The notes: a model not told the origin generated them from the sequence alone. Counted from the first letter of the stretch, positions 20,084 through 28,300 are shown. The stretch: DNA of 64,000 nt from Actinomycetota bacterium (GCA_004297305.1 SCTR01000007.1:25281-89280); one strand, 5' to 3'. Translations and numbers: made by a program.

Positions 20084-20293
20084 GGGGGCTCCCTTGTTCG
20101 TGTCACCTCGGCGCTTGTGTGAGCGGCCTGCTCTGTCTGTCGGACAGGACGCCGACAGGACTGTCAGACAGGCGCGGCACCGTGTGGGGCGTGCCTCGGA
20201 CGTTAGTGCGCCCCGCCGACGACATCAAACACCTGTACGAAGAAATCGTTGCGCGTGTCGGACCGGCCTGGTAGAAATCGCACACAGGTTCGA

Positions 20294-20309
20294 TCGAACG
20301 CATGTTCGC
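20294..20309. promoter_or_regulatory. LexA (SOS) box in the lexA / LysM-gene divergent region
   Basis: TCGAACGCATGTTCGC matches TCGAAC-N4-GTTCGA at 15 of 16 positions. It lies 24 bp upstream of the LysM gene ATG and about 210 bp upstream of lexA. Confidence 0.8.
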
Positions 20310-20332
20310 CTCTCCCTTCCCCGGAGGTCCCC

Positions 20333-20836
20333 ATGAGTACGACTGTCCGCTCGGCCCGCACCGCAGTACCGCAGGCATCGGCCGGCTCCTCGTGGCGGCA
20401 GCTACCGGCACGCCAACCGGCGACGTTCACCCGCCCGGCGACGTCCAACCGACCGGGGGCGTCCAACCCACCGGCGACGCCGAGCCGGCAGCGGATCAGC
20501 CCACAGCGGATCAGCCGGCAGGGGACGTCCCGCCGGAAGGGGCCGGCCCGGCTGACCCGACGAGGCCGGTTGGTCCTGCTCGTCCTGCTCGTGCTGCTCA
20601 TGTTCGCCGCCGTGTCGTTCGGTCGGAGCGCTTCGTCCGAGGCTTCGTCGGAAGCGGCGCGCCCGGCGACCCGGGAGCTGATCGTGCAGCCGGGGCAGTC
20701 GTTGTGGCAGATCGCTCAGCACGTGGCTCCGGGAGTGGATCCGCGGGAGATGGTGCTGCGGATCCGCGACCTCAACGATCTCGACAGCTCCTTGGTCGTC
20801 CCTGGTCAGCCGCTCGTCGTGCCGGTGTTCGTCTGA
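20333..20836 (+). CDS. ChiZ-like membrane-anchored LysM protein (Arg-rich disordered N-terminus, one TM helix, C-terminal LysM)
   Basis: ATG 20333 follows GGAGGT. Features are the Arg-rich stretch RQRISPQRISRQGTSRRKGPARLTRRGR, the TM helix LVLLVLLVLLMFAAVSF, and the LysM domain LIVQPGQSLWQIAQHV...IRDLNDLDSSLVVPGQPLVVP. The architecture and position divergent from lexA match M. tuberculosis Rv2719c (chiZ). Confidence 0.8.
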   Translation: MSTTVRSARTAVPQASAGSSWRQLPARQPATFTRPATSNRPGASNPPATPSRQRISPQRISRQGTSRRKGPARLTRRGRLVLLVLLVLLMFAAVSFGRSASSEASSEAARPATRELIVQPGQSLWQIAQHVAPGVDPREMVLRIRDLNDLDSSLVVPGQPLVVPVFV

Positions 20837-20920
20837 CGTCGCGCAAGACGCCGGGGCGGCTGCTGTGCCGCGCTGTCCGGCGTGAGTAGAGCTGCTCGAG
20901 CGGCGGCATTGCCCGGCCAG

Positions 20921-21150
20921 ATCGGCTGCTCGACCAGACCGCATCGCCCGACGGGATCGAGCTGCTTCACCGGGACCCGTACCGCCCGACGAGATCAGCT
21001 GCTCCACGGGACCCGCACCGCCCGACGAGATCGGCTGCTCCACCGGGAGTGCACTGCGCCCTCGGGGATCGAGCTGCTTCACCGGGGCCGCCCCGCCCAG
21101 GGCCTCGGCCCGTGCGCGCCCGCCCAAGGCCTCGGCCGGTGCGCGACACG
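20921..21150. repeat. Degenerate tandem array (about 5 x 36-38 bp, then a 27-bp sub-repeat) in the long LysM-nrdR intergenic region
   Basis: The units start with GATCGGCTGCTCGACC..., GATCGAGCTGCTTCACCGGGACCCGTACCGCCCGACGA, GATCAGCTGCTCCACGGGACCCGCACCGCCCGACGA, GATCGGCTGCTCCACCGGGAG... and GATCGAGCTGCTTCACCGGGGCC... They are followed by CCCGCCCAGGGCCTCGGCCCGTGCGCG and CCCGCCCAAGGCCTCGGCCGGTGCGCG. Confidence 0.85.
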
Positions 21151-21206
21151 CGCGAGGTTGCTGCCGGTTCTTGACACCCATAGCGGCGGAGGGTCTACCT
21201 TCCCCT

Positions 21207-21246
21207 ACATCTAGTAATGACATCGGTGTCATTCATCCACATCTGG
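21207..21246. promoter_or_regulatory. Candidate operator upstream of nrdR-nrdJ: a perfect inverted repeat flanked by two ACATCT(A/G)G motifs
   Basis: AATGACA-tcgg-TGTCATT (21216-21233) is a perfect 7-bp dyad. ACATCTAG at 21207 and ACATCTGG at 21239 are 32 bp apart. This is the only markedly AT-rich patch in the nrdR leader. Confidence 0.4.
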
Positions 21247-21415
21247 GGAGTTGCAGGATCCACAGGCCGGCCCGAACGGACAGGCCCAGCGATCCCCAAC
21301 CCGTCCACAGCGCGGCCCGCTCAAGACACAGCCCGACCCGAAGACTGCCGATCCGAAAGACACTGCCCAGCCACGTCGCCCGAGACGGGGCTCCGCACCC
21401 AGGAGGGGGTACTCG

Positions 21416-21916
21416 ATGCACTGCCCGTTCTGCCGCCACTCGGACTCCCGGGTCGTCGACTCGCGCCCGTCCGAGGACGGCGCAGCGATCCGCCGCCGCC
21501 GGCAGTGCCCGGAGTGCGGCCGTCGGTTCACCACCACGGAGACCGCGACGCTGTCGGTGGTGAAGCGGTCGGGTGTCAGCGAGCCGTTCAGCCGTACCAA
21601 GGTGCTCGTCGGCGTGCGCAAGGCCTGCCAGGGGCGGCCGGTGGGGGAGGACGACCTCGCGCTACTCGCCCAGCGAGTCGAGGAGGCCGTGCGCTCCGGG
21701 GGTGCGGCCGAGGTGCCCTCCGGCGAGGTCGGGCTGGCGATCCTCGGACCGCTGCGCGAACTCGACGAGGTCGCGTACCTGCGCTTTGCCAGCGTGTACC
21801 GCTCGTTCGACACGCTCGACGACTTCGAGGCGGAGATCGCGTTGCTCCGAGCCGAGGGGGAGCCCACCGGCCAGGAGCGTCCGCCGCAGACCAAGGCGGT
21901 CGGCGCCACCCCGTAG
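21416..21916 (+). CDS. nrdR: Transcriptional repressor NrdR
   Basis: ATG 21416 follows [51 protein letters not shown] (zinc ribbon) is followed by an ATP-cone ([14 protein letters not shown]...[11 protein letters not shown]). Confidence 0.97.
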   Translation: MHCPFCRHSDSRVVDSRPSEDGAAIRRRRQCPECGRRFTTTETATLSVVKRSGVSEPFSRTKVLVGVRKACQGRPVGEDDLALLAQRVEEAVRSGGAAEVPSGEVGLAILGPLRELDEVAYLRFASVYRSFDTLDDFEAEIALLRAEGEPTGQERPPQTKAVGATP

Positions 21917-22082
21917 CGCCCCGCCGAGCACGTGCCCACCGACCCGTGCTGGGCCACCGACTGGTGCCGCCCCAGCCATCCGTACGACGTACGACGTCTT
22001 CCCCGACGCACTGCCTGACCGAGACCCCGAGCGGGATGCCCCGCCGCCCTGCCGTTGTTTGAACGACCGAGGAGGACCACCC

Positions 22083-25000
22083 ATGACCGAGACCGTGACC
22101 GGGCCCACTGCCGGCACCGGGTTCGCGCGCGCCGGTTTGGCGCTGCAGCGCCTTTACACCACGGCGGGCACGCACCCGTACGACGAGGTGACCTGGGAGC
22201 GGCGTGACGTCGTTCAGACCAACTGGAAGACCGGCGAGACGGTCTTCGAGCAGCGTGCTGTGGAGTTCCCCGACTTCTGGAGCGTCAACGCTTCGACGAT
22301 CGTGACCACGAAGTACTTCCGTGGCGCGGTCGGCAGCGACGTCCGGGAGTGGAGCCTCAAGCAGCTGATCGACCGGGTCGTGCTGAGCTACACCAAGGCC
22401 GGTCGCGAGCACGGCTACTTCGCCACGCCGGCCGATGCCGAGATCTTCGAGCACGAGCTGACGTGGATGCTGCTGCACCAGGTATTCAGCTTCAACTCGC
22501 CGGTGTGGTTCAACGTCGGGACGTCCGCTCCGCAGCAGGTCAGTGCCTGCTTCATCCTCGCCGTCGACGACACGATGGACTCGATCCTCAACTGGTATCG
22601 GGAAGAGGGGCTGATCTTCAAGGGTGGCTCCGGAGCCGGCTTGAACCTGTCCCGCATCCGTTCGTCCAAGGAACTGCTGAGTTCTGGTGGGACGGCGAGT
22701 GGTCCGGTGTCGTTCATGCGGGGCGCGGACGCCTCCGCGGGGACCATCAAGTCCGGTGGTGCGACCCGGCGGGCAGCCAAGATGGTGGTGCTCGACGTCG
22801 ACCACCCAGACATCGTCGAGTTCATCGAGACGAAGGTGCGCGAGGAGGACAAGATCCGCGCACTGCGGGACGCCGGGTACGACATGGACCTGGGCGGCAA
22901 GGACATCACCAGCGTGCAGTACCAGAACGCCAACAACTCCGTGCGGGTGTCCGACGAGTTCATGCGTGCGGTCGAGGAGGGCGGCCAGTTCGGGCTGACC
23001 GCGCGCGGTACCGGTGAGGTCCTCGAGACCGTCGACGCCAAGCAGTTGTTCCGTTCCATGGCCGAGGCGGCGTGGGCGTGCGCCGACCCCGGCATCCAGT
23101 ACGACGGCACGATCAACGACTGGCACACCAACCCGGAGACCGGCCGCATCAACGCGTCGAACCCGTGCAGCGAGTACATGTCGCTGGACAACTCGTCGTG
23201 CAACCTGGCGTCGCTGAACCTGCTGAAGTTCCTCACCGACGACGACACCTTCGACGCTGACCGGTTCGCCAAGGCGGTCGAGTTCGTCATCACCGCGATG
23301 GACATCTCGATCTGCTTCGCCGACTTCCCGACCCAGCCGATCGCGGAGACCACGCGTGCCTACCGGCAGCTCGGCATCGGGTACGCCAACCTCGGCGCCC
23401 TGCTCATGGCGACCGGGCTGGCCTACGACTCCGACGGGGGTCGCGCGCTTGCCGGGGCCATCACCAGCCTGATGACCGGTACGGCGTACAAGCGCTCGGC
23501 CGAGTTGGCCGCGATCGTCGGTCCGTACGAGGGCTACGCCCGCAACGCCGACGCGCACAAGCGGGTCATGCGCAAGCACGCCGCGGCCACCGACTCGGTG
23601 CGGTCGGCGAGCGCACTGGATGCCGACATCCTGACGTTGGCGACGAAGGCGTGGGCGGACTGCCTGGCGATCGGGGAGAAGAACGGCTGGCGCAACGCCC
23701 AGGCCAGCGTGCTCGCACCGACTGGCTGCCTCACCGGCGACACCCTCGTCACCACCGATCGCGGGCTCATGCGGCTGTCGGAGATCGGTGACGTGTGGGG
23801 AGACAAGTGGCAAGACCTCGACCTCACTGTGATGACCGACGAGGGCCCGAAGCAGGCCACGAAGTTCTTCGTCAACGGCGAGGAGCCGACCCGCCGCATC
23901 ACCACCGCAGGCGGATATACCATCCAGGGCACGCTGGCGCACCGGATCAAGGTCGTCGACGAGTCGACCGGTGAGTGGGTCTGGAAGCGGCTCGCCGATG
24001 TCACCGCGGGCGACCTCGTCCCGATGCAACTGGGCTTCCTCGTCGGTGCCGAGCGGGAGGTCCCGCTGCCGGTTCTCGACCAGGCGTACTACGCCGGCGA
24101 CAGGGGCATCGTCGTCCCTGAGACGCTCCAAGCGGAACTGGCCGAACTGGTCGGGTACTTCATGGGCGACGGCAGCCTGCACGCCAAGGGTGTTCGCCTC
24201 TGCGTTGCCGATACTGATCTCGACGTCGTCGAGCGAATCCGCATTCTGTGCAAGGGCCTGTTCAACCTCGAGCCCGTGGTCACCGCGCAGCAGGGTTATC
24301 AGGAGGTCACGCTGCAGTCCGTGCGGCTGGCACGGTGGTGGCAGGCGGCCGGGTTCGCCAAGGACCTCCCCGGGGTCGACCATGCCGGCAAGGGGTGGAC
24401 CCCACGGGTGCCGGCGGCGATCCGGGAGACCAACGACGCGGGCGTGTACGCCGCGTTCCTGCGCGGTCTCTTCGAAGCAGACGGGTCGGTCTCCGCGGGC
24501 GTGCCCGCGCTGTCGACGGCGTCCGAGACGTTCGCCGCCGACCTGCGGACAATGCTGCTCGCCCTTGGCGTTCCGACCACCACTCGGCAGACCGTCAGCG
24601 GCTGGGGCGGTGCCCAGTACCAGCTGCGGGTGCGCAACCTGTCCCACGTGGCCCAGTTCGCCGAGACCGTCGGTTTCCTGTCCGACCGCAAGAACCGCGC
24701 GATGAGCCTGCTGCCCACCCAGTCGGGCAACCGAGACCGCATTCACCTGCCCGAGCCGGTGTGGCGTGAACTGGCTGACCGGGCGCCGGTCTCGCGCGAG
24801 CTGCTGCTGCAGGCCGTTCGCCGGGGGCAGGGCGTCGCACGTGATTTGGCGATCAAGGTGCTGCGAGAGACCGAAGATCCCCGGCTGTCCAACGCGATGC
24901 TCTACCTCTACGAGGAGGTCGCGGACAACGCGGACGGCGGGGTGCAGCCGACGTACGACCTCTCGGTGCCGGCGAACGTCACGTACGTTGCCGCAGGTTT

Positions 25001-26210
25001 CGTGAGCCACAACACCATCGGTTTCATGATGGATTGCGACACAACGGGTGTGGAGCCGGACTTCTCGCTGGTGAAGTTCAAGAAGCTCGTCGGCGGCGGT
25101 TCGATGCAGATCGTCAACGCGACGATTCCGCGGGCGTTGCGGCAGCTCGGGTACGCCGAGGAGACCATCGAGGCGATCGTCGAGTACATCGCCGAGCACG
25201 GTCACGTCGTGGACGCGCCCGGCCTGCGGCCGGAGCACTACTCGGTGTTCGACTGCGCCGTAGGAGAACGAGCGATCACCCCGATGGGCCATGTCCGGAT
25301 GATGGCGGCGGTGCAGCCGTTCATCTCCGGTGCCATCTCCAAGACGGTCAACATGCCCGAGTCGTCCACGGTCGACGAGGTGGAGAACATCTACTTCGAG
25401 TCCTGGAAGCTGGGTATCAAGGCGCTGGCGATCTACCGCGACAACTGCAAGGTCGGGCAGCCGCTGTCGGACGCGAAGGCCAAGAAGGCCGACGCCCCGG
25501 TCGAGGTCATCGTGGAGCGCCCGGTTCGCAAGCGGCTGCCGAAGTCGCGGCCGAGCATGACGACGTCGTTCAGCGTCGCCGGTGCCGAGGGATACATGAC
25601 GGCCGGCTCGTACCCGGATGACGGTCTCGGCGAGGTATTCCTCAAACTCGGCAAGCAGGGTTCGACGCTCGCCGGTGTGATGGACGCCTTCTCGATCGCG
25701 GTGTCGATCGCGCTGCAGTACGGCGTCCCGCTGGACGCCTACGTGTCCAAGTTCGTCAACATGCGGTTCGAGCCGGCGGGGATGACGGACGACCCGGACA
25801 TCCGGATGGCGCAGTCGATCATGGACTACATCTTCCGGCGGCTGGCGCTGGACCACCTGCCGTACGAGCAGCGGGCCGGTCTGGGCATCTACACGGCCGA
25901 GGAGCGCACCCGGGCGGTGGAGACCGGGTCGTACGAGACGCCGGCCGAAGACGACGACATGGACGCTCTCGCCCAGTCGGTCCCGGTGGGCAAGGCCGAC
26001 AGCCTGCCGGCTGCCAAGCCTGCGGCCGACCCGGTCACAGCGACCGCTGTCGCTGCCCCGCGGGAGGTCCACTCGTCGGCGGAACTGCTGGAAGTGTTCA
26101 CCGGGACGGCGTCTGACGCTCCGCTGTGCATGACCTGCGGGACGAAGATGCGCCCGGCCGGCAGCTGCTACGTCTGCGAAGGTTGCGGCAGCACCAGCGG
26201 GTGTAGTTAG
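22083..26210 (+). CDS. nrdJ: Vitamin B12-dependent (class II) ribonucleotide reductase NrdJ, interrupted in frame by an intein
   Basis: ATG 22083 follows GAGGAGGA, and the upstream part of ORF 21573.. overlaps nrdR in another frame. Supporting sequence: MTETVTGP...HPYDEVTWERRD...VNASTIVTTKYFRG...NSPVWFNVG...NPCSEY...DCDTTGVEPDF...TVNMPE..., plus the C-terminal Cys tail CMTCGTKMRPAGSCYVCEGCGSTSGCS. Confidence 0.95.
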   Translation: MTETVTGPTAGTGFARAGLALQRLYTTAGTHPYDEVTWERRDVVQTNWKTGETVFEQRAVEFPDFWSVNASTIVTTKYFRGAVGSDVREWSLKQLIDRVVLSYTKAGREHGYFATPADAEIFEHELTWMLLHQVFSFNSPVWFNVGTSAPQQVSACFILAVDDTMDSILNWYREEGLIFKGGSGAGLNLSRIRSSKELLSSGGTASGPVSFMRGADASAGTIKSGGATRRAAKMVVLDVDHPDIVEFIETKVREEDKIRALRDAGYDMDLGGKDITSVQYQNANNSVRVSDEFMRAVEEGGQFGLTARGTGEVLETVDAKQLFRSMAEAAWACADPGIQYDGTINDWHTNPETGRINASNPCSEYMSLDNSSCNLASLNLLKFLTDDDTFDADRFAKAVEFVITAMDISICFADFPTQPIAETTRAYRQLGIGYANLGALLMATGLAYDSDGGRALAGAITSLMTGTAYKRSAELAAIVGPYEGYARNADAHKRVMRKHAAATDSVRSASALDADILTLATKAWADCLAIGEKNGWRNAQASVLAPTGCLTGDTLVTTDRGLMRLSEIGDVWGDKWQDLDLTVMTDEGPKQATKFFVNGEEPTRRITTAGGYTIQGTLAHRIKVVDESTGEWVWKRLADVTAGDLVPMQLGFLVGAEREVPLPVLDQAYYAGDRGIVVPETLQAELAELVGYFMGDGSLHAKGVRLCVADTDLDVVERIRILCKGLFNLEPVVTAQQGYQEVTLQSVRLARWWQAAGFAKDLPGVDHAGKGWTPRVPAAIRETNDAGVYAAFLRGLFEADGSVSAGVPALSTASETFAADLRTMLLALGVPTTTRQTVSGWGGAQYQLRVRNLSHVAQFAETVGFLSDRKNRAMSLLPTQSGNRDRIHLPEPVWRELADRAPVSRELLLQAVRRGQGVARDLAIKVLRETEDPRLSNAMLYLYEEVADNADGGVQPTYDLSVPANVTYVAAGFVSHNTIGFMMDCDTTGVEPDFSLVKFKKLVGGGSMQIVNATIPRALRQLGYAEETIEAIVEYIAEHGHVVDAPGLRPEHYSVFDCAVGERAITPMGHVRMMAAVQPFISGAISKTVNMPESSTVDEVENIYFESWKLGIKALAIYRDNCKVGQPLSDAKAKKADAPVEVIVERPVRKRLPKSRPSMTTSFSVAGAEGYMTAGSYPDDGLGEVFLKLGKQGSTLAGVMDAFSIAVSIALQYGVPLDAYVSKFVNMRFEPAGMTDDPDIRMAQSIMDYIFRRLALDHLPYEQRAGLGIYTAEERTRAVETGSYETPAEDDDMDALAQSVPVGKADSLPAAKPAADPVTATAVAAPREVHSSAELLEVFTGTASDAPLCMTCGTKMRPAGSCYVCEGCGSTSGCS
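23727..25013 (+). mobile_element. Intein (429 codons) with a LAGLIDADG homing-endonuclease domain inside nrdJ
   Basis: The extein junctions read ...SVLAPTG|CLTGDTLVTT...AAGFVSHN|TIGFMMDCDTTG... Cys1, block B GTLAHR (TxxH), two LAGLIDADG motifs (LVGYFMGDGSL, FLRGLFEADGSV) and terminal HN followed by Thr+1 are all present. The length is a multiple of 3. Confidence 0.9.
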
Positions 26211-26255
26211 ACGCTCGCTTGGTTGCTTTGGGACGACGGCGGCAGAGGAGGCCAG

Positions 26256-27362
26256 GTGGAACTCGAGAAGCAGATCCTGGGACGGGCTCGTGAGATCAAG
26301 ACCGACGGATACCCAATGTCGATAGGCGAGGTACTTTCCCTGTACCGAGATGGCGACATTGATATTCATCCGGAGTTTCAGAGGATCTTTCGATGGGATG
26401 AAGACCAGAAGTCGAGGCTAATTGAGTCGATTCTTCTGGGGATACCTATCCCGCCAATATTTGTTTCCCAACGCGATGATGGGGTGTGGGACGTAATCGA
26501 CGGCGTCCAGCGTCTATCGACGGTTCTGGAGTTCGTGGGTGAGTACAAGAATGAAGCTGGACTGAGGACACCCAGTTCGACTCTGCGTAAGACAGAGTAC
26601 TTGCCGGCGCTGGATGGCTGCACATGGGAAAGCGGTACCGACGAGGAGAAGGTGTTCTCCGAACCGCTGCGTAGGGACTTCAAGCGGGCCAAGCTCGAAT
26701 TCCGTATTATTCGTAAAGAATCGGATGCAAACGCAAAGTACGATCTGTTCCAGCGGCTAAACTCGGGTGCTCAACTCTCACCTCAAGAGGCACGAAACTG
26801 CCTGCTCGTAATGATGAATGTTGAGCTGTTCAATCGGGTTGCTTCTTTGTCGCAGCAAGATGAGTTTGTCTCTTGCACGCCACTGTCGGATAGGCAGGAG
26901 GATCAAGCGTACCGGCAAGAACTCGTGCTGAGGTTCTTCTCACAGGCTGATTTCGATAGAGGAGAAGGCCAGCTAGACGTGGAATACGGGGAGTATCTGA
27001 CGAATTGGATGCGACGCAAGGCTGAGGGCCCTTCTGCGGAGTTGAACGACGTGGACTCGGGTCTTTTCGAGTCGTGCTTCCGACTGTTGGGGGGTGCGCT
27101 CGGCGAAGACTCCTTCAGGCGCTGGGATCCGGAACGTGGCGCTCATCTTGGTCCCTTCTCGATTTCGTCGTATGAATTCGTTACTACTGGTTTGGCATCT
27201 AACTTTTCGCGGTGGGTGAGTCGCCCTGACGAATTGACGACGCGTATTCGGGGCACATGGTCCGAGCCAACATTCCGTGATAACTCTGGAAGTGGGATCA
27301 GTCCCAGGCGCCGTGTTCCGAAGCTGGTACATGCGGCCCGGAGATACTTCGCGGAGGGCTGA
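26256..27362 (+). CDS. DUF262 (ParB-like nuclease superfamily) protein
   Basis: ORF 26223..27362; GTG 26256 follows AGAGGAGG. IDIHPEFQRIFRWDEDQKSRLIESILLGIPIPPIF...WDVIDGVQRLSTVLEF is the DUF262 core (FQR..W, DGxQRL). I see no HNH/DUF1524 motif in the C-terminal half. The region is AT-richer than its flanks. Confidence 0.85.
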   Translation: MELEKQILGRAREIKTDGYPMSIGEVLSLYRDGDIDIHPEFQRIFRWDEDQKSRLIESILLGIPIPPIFVSQRDDGVWDVIDGVQRLSTVLEFVGEYKNEAGLRTPSSTLRKTEYLPALDGCTWESGTDEEKVFSEPLRRDFKRAKLEFRIIRKESDANAKYDLFQRLNSGAQLSPQEARNCLLVMMNVELFNRVASLSQQDEFVSCTPLSDRQEDQAYRQELVLRFFSQADFDRGEGQLDVEYGEYLTNWMRRKAEGPSAELNDVDSGLFESCFRLLGGALGEDSFRRWDPERGAHLGPFSISSYEFVTTGLASNFSRWVSRPDELTTRIRGTWSEPTFRDNSGSGISPRRRVPKLVHAARRYFAEG

Positions 27363-27363
27363 C

Positions 27364-28065
27364 GTGAAGGTTCGCTCTGCTGAAGAAGTAGCTGATGCAG
27401 TGGACAACTCACTCGCGTGGCGCAGGATGGAAATGAAGACGCTCGAGAAAGAAGTTCAACGCGCCGCGCAACTTGGTGAAGACAAGCCCGTTTGTAGAGC
27501 CCTTACCCGAAGTTCGCTCGCCGTCCTATATGCCCATTGGGAAGGATTCGTCAGGGATGCATTCGGCGCCTATGTGGACTATATCTCAGCGTCTAAGCCA
27601 AAATTCGCCGAGTTGAACGATGGTTTGCTTCGAGCCGTGGCCAAGGCGCTCCATAGGCGAGTTGCGAATGGAGATCTTGCGGCTCTGCAATCGGTGGCGG
27701 AGGCTGTTCGGCGTCCAAGTGAGGGCCGTGCTCCTATACCTTCTAGGGCAGCAATGGTTGATACACGAGCGAATCTTCGCTTCGAAGTGCTGAAGGAGAT
27801 CTTGGGATCCGTTGGGATGGATTCTGCCGAATTCGAGACCAAGCAGTTATTGATAGACAAGTCTCTTTGTGACGCACGAAACTCAATTGCACACGGGAGA
27901 TATCTTGATCAGGGGAGCGGGCAGTACCTAGAGCTGCAGAAAGAAGTCCTCCACATGATGGAAGAGTTGCGCGACAAGATTGTATTTTGTGCGAGTAGTG
28001 CTTCATATCGCATCCGAGTGCCAGACTCAGTGGAAGGGGCGGATGTGCTGTCTGGTTCGACCTAG
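27364..28065 (+). CDS. HEPN-domain protein (MAE_28990/RiboL-PSP-like), putative RNase partner of the DUF262 protein
   Basis: This is the in-frame part of ORF 27277..28065. GTG 27364 lies 1 nt after the upstream TGA (27360-27362). The sequence has YAHWEGFVRD... and the HEPN Rx4-6H signature CDARNSIAHGRY near the C-terminus. Confidence 0.75.
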   Translation: MKVRSAEEVADAVDNSLAWRRMEMKTLEKEVQRAAQLGEDKPVCRALTRSSLAVLYAHWEGFVRDAFGAYVDYISASKPKFAELNDGLLRAVAKALHRRVANGDLAALQSVAEAVRRPSEGRAPIPSRAAMVDTRANLRFEVLKEILGSVGMDSAEFETKQLLIDKSLCDARNSIAHGRYLDQGSGQYLELQKEVLHMMEELRDKIVFCASSASYRIRVPDSVEGADVLSGST

Positions 28066-28300
28066 CGTTGCCTACGTTGGGAAGGTCGCGCACGCTTAGC
28101 CCGATTGCAGGTTACGCAGCCCGCTTTCACAGGACTTGCGCCGCGGTTCGTGAGCTTAGCGACCACCGTGCGAAGTGGCTGCGGGCCTTGAACGAGATCA
28201 TCGCCGTCGTGGCCCGCAATGTGCGCATACGCACGACCTCGTGGGAATCGATGACTTGGTCGTTGTCTCGGTTGCTCTCTTTGAGGTAGGGCAGACGCGA

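Noticed and set aside
20921-21150. Possible CRISPR array
   Set aside because: The units are contiguous and degenerate with no unique spacers between constant repeats, and no cas genes are nearby. It is a tandem repeat, not a CRISPR array.
21573-22082. N-terminal 170-codon extension of the nrdJ ORF overlapping nrdR
   Set aside because: The extension is R/P/S-rich and overlaps the nrdR coding frame. A strong RBS (GAGGAGGA) and a conserved NrdJ N-terminus begin at ATG 22083.
21917-22082. Possible cobalamin riboswitch between nrdR and nrdJ
   Set aside because: I could not find the conserved B12-box or the expected helices. B12 riboswitches normally repress B12-independent isozymes rather than the B12-dependent NrdJ.
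21588-26369. 1593-aa minus-strand ORF antisense to nrdJ, and similar long antisense or off-frame ORFs (2500..3849-, 14403..16985-, 44032..46674+, 52578..55103-, 6134..7564-, 7650..9338-)
   Set aside because: These are typical high-GC shadow ORFs, R/G/P/H-rich with no recognisable domains. Each overlaps a gene with unmistakable homology on the other strand or frame.
26211-28300. Possible direct repeats (att-like) flanking the AT-richer cassette: GGTTGCTTTGGG at 26221 versus GGTTGCTCTCTTTGAGG at ~28271
   Set aside because: The match is only short and interrupted, and no integrase, tRNA or longer repeat supports site-specific insertion. It is likely chance similarity.
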